This document shows positions 47,701 to 59,300 of a DNA stretch of 64,000 nucleotides, piece after piece (the stretch's first letter is position 1; each line of letters opens with the position of its first letter). The DNA comes from Minutocellus sp. GHC0000111 (lineage: Eukaryota). The position numbers and the translations under genes were made by a program. The notes below the pieces were generated by a model. The model did not search any database. It saw nothing but the letters and a program-made list of their open reading frames with translations, and was not told the origin of the DNA. The stretch is taken from assembly GCA_977018835.1 (NCBI GenBank), contig OZ361260.1:1178001-1242000 (forward strand), given 5' to 3'.

Positions 47701-50202
47701 TTATTTTCCTTCGTCAGGAGGGGTGTCCTCCCACGAGTATATACTCAAAATACCGCTCGAAGCATCCAAACAAAGAAAGACGATGTCGCGACCGCCACCC
47801 AAGAGGCTCAGAAACACATGATGCGCCTGCGATCGGAACTTACCGCCGCCAAATCAGCTCGGGACAGTACAAGGACAGAAGCCGAGTCGATCTTCAGAAA
47901 TGCTGCTGCCGCGGTTGCTTCAATGGACACCAAAATGATCGGCGTCGATGATAAGGATGGTGATGACAACGACAGCGGTGAAGAGAGTGCTGGAGCTACG
48001 GCAATGATTCAACTCGTCAAGGACAAAGGCGAGCTCTCGCTGCCCGCTTCCGTAGAGGCACTTACAACAGCAATGGCAGCAAAGGGATCGCCGTTTCAGT
48101 TTTTTCTGGCTTTCCACCTTCTCTCCCTTGCAGAACAATGGTCGTCTGACCCACCATCCTCTGGGTCGCCAAGGAATTTGGCTACGTCGCTTGTATCGGA
48201 GATCAAGGCAGTCCAACAGTTTGTTGTTGGAAGAAATCTCGAGGCCGCTGCTCGTCACATTCGCAACTTCAACACCAACCGCACCATAGATCAGGCACGG
48301 TGGGCATGTGCCTATGACACAACCGGCACGTATGTTGCAAAGGCAGGATTTCAGATCAGTCTATTGGCCTATCCAAGGGAAGGTGCTCCACGGACTGGCT
48401 TTGTCATCGAGCCGAATGCCCGCTTTCAGGCAACATTTGAGCATCTCGATGCCAATGGGAAGGTCTGGGCTCAGGTAGTTGAGCCGACAGATTGGCCTGA
48501 CTCGTACATTGCAGGTCTTGATGACACTTCGCAAGAGGGATATGGAACAGTCCTTGTTGGATGCCGCGTCAAGCGAGGACCGAACTGGCGCTACGGCAAC
48601 CAGGATGGTGGCGAGGGCAACGAGGGCATCATCGTAAAGGCCCGCAGAGGACTTGTTCTGGTCAAATGGAACGGTATTGAGAGTAAGTTTCGCTACCGGT
48701 ACCAACCCAAAAAGAGTGGCCAGGATAGTTCGTCAAGCAAGAAGGAGGTGTCCATCATCTCGGCAATTGCTCCGCCACAGGGATGGTTCCAAGTCAACAC
48801 CTTTCCTCCTTCCGTCGACCGCCTTTGCACAACGCTTCAGTGTGGTGCTTGTTCCAAAGATCTGTGCGCTACAAGTGCCAAGAAGGCGGTATACCAGAGG
48901 GTTGATCCGTCAAATCTCAAGAAAGGTGATCGAGTCCTCGTCACTGCCACTTTGGAGCCTGTCATCGTTGAAGAGATCACCAGTCTTCGAATTCACTGCT
49001 CGTTTGTCCTTCCCGATGATGCGTCCGCACCCAATGCCGCCGACACTACAATTAGTGCCGATGACGATAAGCCCCCAGCGAAAAGAACTCGCCGAAGCAA
49101 AGCCGGGGCCTCAGCGACTAAGAATGTTGGCGGGATACAGGCGACTGCGTCGGTAAATTTGGGTGGGGCAGCAGCTGCGGCTGCTGCAGCTGCTTCCGCT
49201 CGTATTTGGTACAGACCGGTCGATTTGGTACTCCCTGCCGACGAAAACAGCGCATCGGAGCCATCACAATACACTTCAGAAGTCCGGATGGTGGCAGATA
49301 AGCTCCGAACTATGCATGAGGTCGCCCTTCTCCATCCCGATGACGAGGAGGAAGCCAAGAGGGCATGGGACCATGCAGGACCAGCCACTGATGATATTCA
49401 TGGTGATATTGAATCCTATGCCTCATGTATCAAGGGCCACTTGCTCCATCCAAAATGTTTCCAAACCGCCCTTCTATCTGGTCAGCGTTGCCCAGCTCCA
49501 GGATGTGGTGAACTCCTGTGGCTTCCAAGCATCGTCCGGGACGAGGAAGAGGTTACCTGCGGAGGAGAGGACGGCGGATCCTCCAGTGCTGCCTCCTCCG
49601 ACACGGAGTCGATACGCGCAGAGACCGACCTTTCAAGTCATGACGAAGGTGCCGCAAAGGGAGCATCCGACGACGGCGACAACACAGATGCGAATGAATT
49701 CTTCACGGAGGAAGAACTAGCTGCTGAGGGTTGCCGCATGTGCCCCGCTTGTTGTAGCGGCCCTTTCCTCAATCAGCACTGCAGCGACATGAGAACTCAT
49801 CACGGTCAGTGCTCCGCCATGGCCTGGAGAAGTCGGGACGGGACAAGAAGGACTCCGTGCCTCTCCAACGGTATGACGTATCAAGTCAGCGCCACAGAAA
49901 TATCCAAACGTCTAATGCAAGTCGGCAACGGAAAGAGTGTCGCGGATGTTTTGCCTAGATGTCCGACTCACAATGTGTCGGTAATGTTCAATGGTTGCAG
50001 AGGATGCGGTCATCTGTTTACCGACCTCAGCTGGCACAGCCTCCCGAAATGGGATCCAAATGCAAAGGAAAAGGTGAAGCTAGACAAGAAGAAGATGCAG
50101 GCAAGTGTCCTGCTTTGCAGTCAAATTAGAAAGGAGGCTGCACAGCTTGAGTTCGAAAGAGAAGCATTGAAGGAAGTCACTCGACTGCACAAGCCGAGCT
50201 AG
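41733..50202 (+). CDS. Giant (~2780 aa) putative E3 ubiquitin ligase with RING-like fingers, MIB repeat and MIB/HERC2 domain; 2 exons
   Basis: Intron 44439-44574 keeps frame. CFCG...CGHACHAPC...CPACRAP RING; GDYVRI...GGW..DMTDCLG.EGQV MIB repeat; GCRVKRGPNWRYGNQDGGEGNEG...VKW...YRY MIB/HERC2; C-terminal Cys/His clusters. Confidence 0.8.
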
Positions 50203-50366
50203 CCAGGAACGTCGTAGATGCGTAGATAAATCGCACCGTAAGATCCGAAATAGATATGATTATATTTCTAGCTAGCTTCCAATATAAAATATGATGATAT
50301 GTAATTGCCCAAATGGTATGTGTTCTAGGTAGATAGCTAAGGAGAGACGAAGATTGCTACTCAGAA

Positions 50367-53300
50367 TTAATCAACCCTTCGGGCTTGGATTGATGCCAAT
50401 AACCCAGCTCGAGGATCTTGTGCCATCCCCTCCTCTTCCTGTGTCTCGCTGCCCGGACTATCTCCTTTTCTTGATCGAATGGCTGATAGCATCGAAGATC
50501 GAGGATCGGTAGAGCCCCCCTCAGCTACTACTGACTGACTACTATCTCCGACGACGATCGATGATAGACTACTTGTATCTTCATTGGTTTTGTCATCTTC
50601 TGTTTTCTTTCTCGATGAGATCGCTGCCAACATTGCTGACCGAGGATCAACAGGCGCCGGGGCCGGAGCGGGCGATGACGCTGCCTCTTCGTCGGGTTGC
50701 TTTCTCGACGATATTGCCGCAAGCATTGCTGCCCGAGGATCAACAGGCGCCGGGGCCGGAGCGGGCGATGACGCTGCCTCTTCGTCGGGTTGCTTTCTCG
50801 ACGATATTGCCGCAAGCATTGCTGCCCGAGGATCAACAGGCGCCGGGGCCGGAGCGGGCGATGACGCTGCCTCTTCGTCGGGTTGCTTTCTCGACGATAT
50901 TGCCGCAAGCATTGCTGCCCGAGGATCAACAGGCGCCGGGGCCGGAGCGGGCGATGACGCTGCCTCTTCGTCGGGTTGCTTTCTCGACGATATTGCCGCA
51001 AGCATTGCTGACCGAGGATCAACAGGCGCCGGGGCCGGAGCGGGCGATGACGCTGCCTCTTCGTCGGGTTGCTTTCTCGACGATATTGCCGCAAGCATTG
51101 CTGCCCGAGGATCAACAGGCGCCGGGGCCGGAGCGGGCGATGACGCTGCCTCTTCGTCGGGTTGCTTTCTCGACGATATCGCTGCCAACATTGCTGACCG
51201 AGGATCAACAGGCGCCGGGGCCGGAGCGGGCGATGACGCTGCCTCTTCGTCGGGTTGCTTTCTCGACGATATTGCCGCAAGCATTGCTGCCCGAGGATCA
51301 ACAGGCGCCGGGGCCGGAGCGGGCGATGACGCTGCCTCTTCGTCGGGTTGCTTTCTCGACGATATTGCCGCAAGCATTGCTGCCCGAGGATCAACAGGCG
51401 CCGGGGCCGGAGCGGGCGATGACGCTGCCTCTTCGTCGGGTTGCTTTCTCGACGATATTGCCGCAAGCATTGCTGCCCGAGGATCAACAGGCGCCGGGGC
51501 CGGAGCGGGCGATGACGCTGCCTCTTTGTCGGGTTGCTTTCTCGACGATATCGCTGCCAACATTGCTGACCGAGGATCAACAGGCGCCGGGGCCGGAGCG
51601 GGCGATGACGCTGCCTCTTCGTCGGGTTGCTTTCTCGACGATATTGCCGCAAGCATTGCTGCCCGAGGATCAACAGGCGCCGGGGCCGGAGCGGGCGATG
51701 ACGCTGCCTCTTCGTCGGGTTGCTTTCTCGACGATATCGCTGCCAACATTGCTGACCGAGGATCAACAGGCGCCGGGGCCGGAGCGGGCGATGACGCTGC
51801 CTCTTCGTCGGGTTGCTTTCTCGACGATATCGCTGCCAACATTGCTGACCGAGGATCAACAGGCGCCGGGGCCGGAGCGGGCGATGACGCTGCCTCTTCG
51901 TCGGGCCTCTTGCGCGAGGATATCGCTGCCAACATGGCACTACGTGGATCGAGGGGAGCTGCAGCTGGAGCTGGTGTCAATTCCGCGTCCGCTTCCGTTT
52001 CCTTCTCATCGGGCTTTTTTCTCGACGTTATTGCTGCCAGCATTGCTGCCCGAGGATCAACAGGCGCCGGGGCGGGCGCTGGAGAAGGCGTCGTCGGCGT
52101 CGTCGGCGTCGTCTCTTCCTTGCCTTCCTCATCGCCGGGCTTTTTCCTCGACGATATCGCTAGAAGCATCGCCGCTCTAGGGTCGTGCAAACCTGAACTG
52201 ACTTCTTTTGCTTCCTCTTCATCCGGCTTCTTTCTTGACGATATAGCCGCAAGCATCGCAGCTCGAGGATTGCCATCACTGCTAGCTTGCTTTCGTTTTG
52301 CTAGCGCTTTCGCAGCAGCAGCTTGCGCAACAGCAGACGTATCAATATCCTCCGAAGCAGAACTTGTATTATTCTGCCCAAGCATCTCCACTTCTGCTCT
52401 TGCAAGCTCGGAAGCGAGGTCATCGAGCGCTTCACCAGCGGTAACAACTTCGCTGCCACAATTATCTTCGTCATCACTGTCATCATTATTGTAGCTTCTT
52501 GATAAATCCGCTTCTCTTGTGTCAAGTCGCGCTAAGCTTTTATCAAACTCCTCCTAAAATATATCGTTTGTATTCATGTTGTAGAAAACACAAGAAACAA
52601 GAGGCGTGAGCCGCGAAAGAAGGTCGATACGATGAAAAAATAAGAATGCACACAACCATACTGCATGTACGCACCAATAAGGTATCCGTCTGAGCCATCT
52701 GAGTGGCGACACTATCAGAGAGCTCCACCTGCTTTTTCGTCCCTGTGTCCTCGACACTATCAGCCACCCTTTCAACACCATGATCATCTCCGAGATTCTT
52801 CAGCACAAGGTTTGCTTCTGATTTTGTAAGCACCAACCCTTGTGCCATCGCGTCGCCGTGGTCTACCTGATTTGTGCGAGCCTCTGCGTCACCCTCGACG
52901 GTCGACTTTGTGGTATCGCCACCATTTTTATTCTCCTGTGACTCGGAGTCTCCTCTGCTTCGGCTGCGTAGATTTCTGTTCGCGATACAAGCCAATTCAG
53001 GAGATGCATTATCATCATGATCATCAGCGACCCCAACGGCATTCTTCTTTGTTTTAATGGCATTGAGTAATGCCGAGCGAGGATCATCGGATGTACTTGT
53101 CTGCTTGGCATCACCTCCCTCTGGAGCACTACCGGAGACTACTTTGTTATTCTTTTTCTTTTTGATTGCGGCCAACATGGCTGCACGAGGGTCCAAAATC
53201 GGAGAAGGCTTGGTGCTATCATCAACTTTATCCCCCCCTGAAGATGGCTCGGCGCCTTCGACGAAAGTAATTTCCTCCTCACCATTCTTTGCACCACCGG

Positions 53301-56300
53301 CTGCGGCCTTACTTTTGCTGCGAATTGCACCGAGTAATGCTGCCCGGGGATCAGTGCTAACAGTAGACGCAGACGCAGACGCGTCACCCTCGCCCGACGG
53401 TGTTGGTGTCTTCTTCCGAAGGCTATTCATGAGGGCAAGGCGAGGGTTTTGTGCAGGCTTGTCATTTTCCTCAATATTCCCTGCGCTACCAACATAGCTA
53501 CTGATATCCCCCTTGGATGCATTTTTCTGTAGTTGCGCCATGCTTTCTCGAGCCTTCGTCTTCGTCTTGGCCAAAGCTGCAGCCGCCGCTCCCGCTAGCG
53601 TAGGCTTGGAAGCTATTTCCTCACCGCCCTCATTTTTTTCTTCGCCAGCTCCCGAAGCGTTCTTCTTCTTCAGAATGTCTTGCAGACTTGGTGGATTTTT
53701 GGTCGCTTGTTGAATAGCTGCTGCACCCTTCTTCATTGTTGATCGCATCTTCTCCTTCATCTCCTTTGCCTTTTGTCGCTTCTCCTCCTTGATCTGAGAT
53801 TTGTTGATTTTGGATAAAAGAGCAAACAAGTTCTATTGAGCATAACACCAAAGTCACGGAAAAGAATTGTTGGCATTGCGCCAGAATTTCCCTCGCACTT
53901 CACATTCACAAATAAAAGTGTACTTACCCTAGCCTGCTCCGCTTTGGTGACGGCATCCAGTGCAGAATCAAAGGATTCAAGAAATCGATTTAGCGTTGCA
54001 AAGAAATCTCCGGAAGGCATCTTCTCGTCCTCACCGAAATATCGGAGGAGGGCCAGGTAGTTGGACTTCATTTCCTCCGCCATCGCATAGCTCTCGTCCA
54101 TAGTTTTCTTAGCGTTCATGGCAAAAAATTGCATTTCCGTTACCTCTTCCTCACTTTCCATTAGGTTGAACTGCTCAACGCCCTCTTCGTTCTTATGAAC
54201 GCTAGTCTTTTGTGACTGGAGCTCTGTCAATGTCTTTTTCCTGCTGTAGTTGATGAACTTGCCATTTTCATCCCTGAGACGATCGGCTTCCACATCGGCC
54301 GTCTTTTGGATCTCTTCGAGCTCCTTACTCAGCTGTTTGAGATCTCCAAAGAGTGAATCGACCATCTGCCCGCTAACTTCGGGGACAGTTGGAATATCCT
54401 CCGTAAATTTCAGTAGCCCCTCATCGTTGTCCCTGATAAGTTTGACCAAGTAAAATAGCACACTTGTCCTCTTATCGAATGCTTTGGCCTGTTTCGAGAA
54501 TAGGAAAAAATGTATGTGGTGGGGACAAGAAAGAGAGTGAGGGTGGTTGATATGAGATGTTTTGGGGGAAGGAAGACGAGACATATACATCTCACGCAAA
54601 TGAATATATTTGAACTACTCACCTCTTCAAGCTTTAGCAGCGCGTCCAGACTAAAACCTGCTGCCTGGCTATTTCCCTCACCACCGGTATTGATCTGATT
54701 TCCGACTGTCAAGATGATGGCCATGAGCTTCCGTAGTCGCTCAGATGACCGCACTTCCTCGCTTGCATCGCTCAGCCTCTTTATCTCGATCTGAAAATGA
54801 CACTATCAGAGAGCTCCACCTGCTTTTTCGTCCCTGTGTCCTCGACACTATCAGCCACCCTTTCAACACCATGATCATCTCCGAGATTCTTCAGCACAAG
54901 GTTTGCTTCTGATTTTGTAAGCACCAACCCTTGTGCCATCGCGTCGCCGTGGTCTACCTGATTTGTGCGAGCCTCTGCGTCACCCTCGACGGTCGACTTT
55001 GTGGTATCGCCACCATTTTTATTCTCCTGTGACTCGGAGTCTCCTCTGCTTCGGCTGCGTAGATTTCTGTTCGCGATACAAGCCAATTCAGGAGATGCAT
55101 TATCATCATGATCATCAGCGACCCCAACGGCATTCTTCTTTGTTTTAATGGCATTGAGTAATGCCGAGCGAGGATCATCGGATGTACTTGTCTGCTTGGC
55201 ATCACCTCCCTCTGGAGCACTACCGGAGACTACTTTGTTATTCTTTTTCTTTTTGATTGCGGCCAACATGGCTGCACGAGGGTCCAAAATCGGAGAAGGC
55301 TTGGTGCTATCATCAACTTTATCCCCCCCTGAAGATGGCTCGGCGCCTTCGACGAAAGTAATTTCCTCCTCACCATTCTTTGCACCACCGGCTGCGGCCT
55401 TACTTTTGCTGCGAATTGCACCGAGTAATGCTGCCCGGGGATCAGTGCTAACAGTAGACGCAGACGCAGACGCGTCACCCTCGCCCGACGGTGTTGGTGT
55501 CTTCTTCCGAAGGCTATTCATGAGGGCAAGGCGAGGGTTTTGTGCAGGCTTGTCATTTTCCTCAATATTCCCTGCGCTACCAACATAGCTACTGATATCC
55601 CCCTTGGATGCATTTTTCTGTAGTTGCGCCATGCTTTCTCGAGCCTTCGTCTTCGTCTTGGCCAAAGCTGCAGCCGCCGCTCCCGCTAGCGTAGGCTTGG
55701 AAGCTATTTCCTCACCGCCCTCATTTTTTTCTTCGCCAGCTCCCGAAGCGTTCTTCTTCTTCAGAATGTCTTGCAGACTTGGTGGATTTTTGGTCGCTTG
55801 TTGAATAGCTGCTGCACCCTTCTTCATTGTTGATCGCATCTTCTCCTTCATCTCCTTTGCCTTTTGTCGCTTCTCCTCCTTGATCTGAGATTTGTTGATT
55901 TTGGATAAAAGAGCAAACAAGTTCTATTGAGCATAACACCAAAGTCACGGAAAAGAATTGTTGGCATTGCGCCAGAATTTCCCTCGCACTTCACATTCAC
56001 AAATAAAAGTGTACTTACCCTAGCCTGCTCCGCTTTGGTGACGGCATCCAGTGCAGAATCAAAGGATTCAAGAAATCGATTTAGCGTTGCAAAGAAATCT
56101 CCGGAAGGCATCTTCTCGTCCTCACCGAAATATCGGAGGAGGGCCAGGTAGTTGGACTTCATTTCCTCCGCCATCGCATAGCTCTCGTCCATAGTTTTCT
56201 TAGCGTTCATGGCAAAAAATTGCATTTCCGTTACCTCTTCCTCACTTTCCATTAGGTTGAACTGCTCAACGCCCTCTTCGTTCTTATGAACGCTAGTCTT

Positions 56301-59300
56301 TTGTGACTGGAGCTCTGTCAATGTCTTTTTCCTGCTGTAGTTGATGAACTTGCCATTTTCATCCCTGAGACGATCGGCTTCCACATCGGCCGTCTTTTGG
56401 ATCTCTTCGAGCTCCTTACTCAGCTGTTTGAGATCTCCAAAGAGTGAATCGACCATCTGCCCGCTAACTTCGGGGACAGTTGGAATATCCTCCGTAAATT
56501 TCAGTAGCCCCTCATCGTTGTCCCTGATAAGTTTGACCAAGTAAAATAGCACACTTGTCCTCTTATCGAATGCTTTGGCCTGTTTCGAGAATAGGAAAAA
56601 ATGTATGTGGTGGGGACAAGAAAGAGAGTGAGGGTGGTTGATATGAGATGTTTTGGGGGAAGGAAGACGAGACATATACATCTCACGCAAATGAATATAT
56701 TTGAACTACTCACCTCTTCAAGCTTTAGCAGCGCGTCCAGACTAAAACCTGCTGCCTGGCTATTTCCCTCACCACCGGTATTGATCTGATTTCCGACTGT
56801 CAAGATGATGGCCATGAGCTTCCGTAGTCGCTCAGATGACCGCACTTCCTCGCTTGCATCGCTCAGCCTCTTTATCTCGATCTGAAAATAAAGAAGGGAA
56901 GAAAGTTGAAAGAGGAATCAAAATGAGATCAAAAGTGAATATCGATGGCAAAAAAGATATGCATTTCAAAGGGTCTTACCATGATTTCATCAAGTCTGGA
57001 CTGAAATAGCGTCTTGAAGAGCATGCAATCAAACTTGGCGGCTGCATTTGGCACTTCCAACATTGCGACCATATACTGTTCGCAAGCACATAGATCGGCC
57101 ATGGCCTTGGCTTTGGCTTCTTCCGACGTCGATGCTTTGGCCAAATAACCCTTCAGAGCCTGTGCCTCCTCATCAGTTGGTAAAAACTCTTTCAGCGCCT
57201 TTAGTTGCGTGGTGTCAAACTTTTTTCGATTCTCCATCATGTCCACCAACTTGGCAATTTCGGAGTATTCCATCTTTATTCGACTTAGGATAATGCCGCC
57301 GTTCATACCTCGCTTGCCATCTATGACTTGAACGCTCTTTTTTGGGCCGCCCCCACCAGTCGCTCCTGCACCCCCTGCGGCTGCTGGGCTCTTTACCTTC
57401 TTTTTCTCAAGCTTATCGGTAAATAGATTCTCGAATTCGCTCGCATCATATTTGAGTTGAGACATATTGATGCTTCCCCGCACAATGCTCCACAATGAAT
57501 CCTTTTCTATCTTCTTCTCATCAATCGGCGTCCAGTACAACTTCTTTCGTCGAACCTTGGGCTTCTTTTCCTTCTTCTTGGCAGATGCAGCCGATGTTGA
57601 CTTGCCTCGCTGTGATTTGAGAGGTCTCTCTGGATCATAATCCACTATGGATGGATCAACATTGTCGCGGGTGCAGGCATTCTTCACAGCACCGATAGGC
57701 AGCCCAACTTTCAGCATTTTGAAGTATTTCGCATATACCGGATCGTCTTTAAGAGCTGGGCCGGTATCAGCCTCCTCCTCCTTTTCGTCGTCTCCACCAC
57801 CTTGCTGCGAATTGAGAGACCTTTCCGGATCTAAGTCCATAATTCCAGGATCTAAGCCATCCCGACTCAAAGCGTTTTTAACAGCGCCGACTGCAATGCG
57901 AAAAGAGAAAGCGAGTAGAAACAGTGAGATAGGAACGAGGAGAAACAGTGAAATGGAAATGTAAGAGCATTTATTTCCAATGCATGGTGATGAATGGGTG
58001 ATTTTTTTAGGCGGAAACAATACCACAATAACTCACCAGGAAGGCCAACCTTGAGCATCTTAAAGCTGATATAATTTTGGACATAGTTCAACATGCAATA
58101 AAATGGATTGGCGTCAGTATTAGCAACATCATGATATGAAAACGAAGAAAACAAAACACCACCATATTAGGACCATTTTTTCAGCAAGTATGCTCTCAAC
58201 AGGAACATTGTACATACGACGCAGTGCACTTACTACTTCTGATAAGCAGGGTCATCTTTCAATGGGGGGCCTGTGTCCTTCTTCTTCTTTTCCTTTTTCT
58301 GTTGACTCGCTAAACTCTTGTCAGGGTCGAGATCAATGATGCCCTGGTCCAAACCATCCCTCGCCAGTGCGTTTTTCACAGCGCCCAAAGGAAGACCCAC
58401 TTTCAGCATTTTGAAGCTAAGTGATAAAATTTTGGACGCAGTTCAAATGAAAGAAATGGATAAGCGTCAGTATCCCCTGTAGCACCATCATGATATGAAA
58501 GCGAAGAAAACAAAACACCACCATACCAGTGCCAATTTATTTGTCAGCAAATGTTCTCCACATTAACATTGCGTACAGTGCACTTACTATTTCCCATATG
58601 TCGGATCATCCTTTAATGCAGGGCCAGAATCGGCCTCTTCTTCCTTTTCAACACCCGCCTTGGACTTGTCTTTCTCTGTCTTCCTTTGACTAGCCAGCGA
58701 TTTATTGGGGTCGAGCTTCATCACCGTGGGGTCCACAGAATCTCGTTCGCAGGCATTCATCACGGCACCTAGAGGCAGTCCAACCTTTAGCATCTTCCAA
58801 TACTTGGCATATACCGGGTCGTCTTTCAATGGTGGATCGTCACCGTCAGCTTCAGTGTCTCCCTCGTCATCACTCTCATCCGGGTCGGCACCCTCCCTCG
58901 GCCGTCGAAATTTGAGCGATATGGGTCGACTGCTGTCCTTGATGGCCTTGACCGCCTGGCCAAGGTCACGCAGCCCCCTCACCGAGCTGCCATTGACCTC
59001 CAAGAGCACATCGCCGCGCTTCACCCCGGCCTCACGGACGGCCGACACCTGCGCCAGGTCATGAACTCGCGCAGAACCCGCCCTCTTCCCCGGGGGACGC
59101 AGCCGCAGTTTCAGTCCAAGGGCGGCATCGCTAATGCTCACGCTGTACTCGCGAGCGTCGGTTTTGCCACTGGCCTTGGAGACATCACCGGCTATAGCCC
59201 CGCCGCCGGTATCCGTGCCTCCCGCTGCAGCGGCGGCCACTGCCGCGGCGACCACATTGGCCATTGCCATCGTTGGCTGCCTGAAACTTGCTGAAACGTT

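Noticed and set aside
50528..52494. Three additional long open frames over the 93-bp array; CRISPR-like appearance
   Set aside because: A stop-free unit with length divisible by 3 keeps several frames open. There are no unique spacers and no cas genes.
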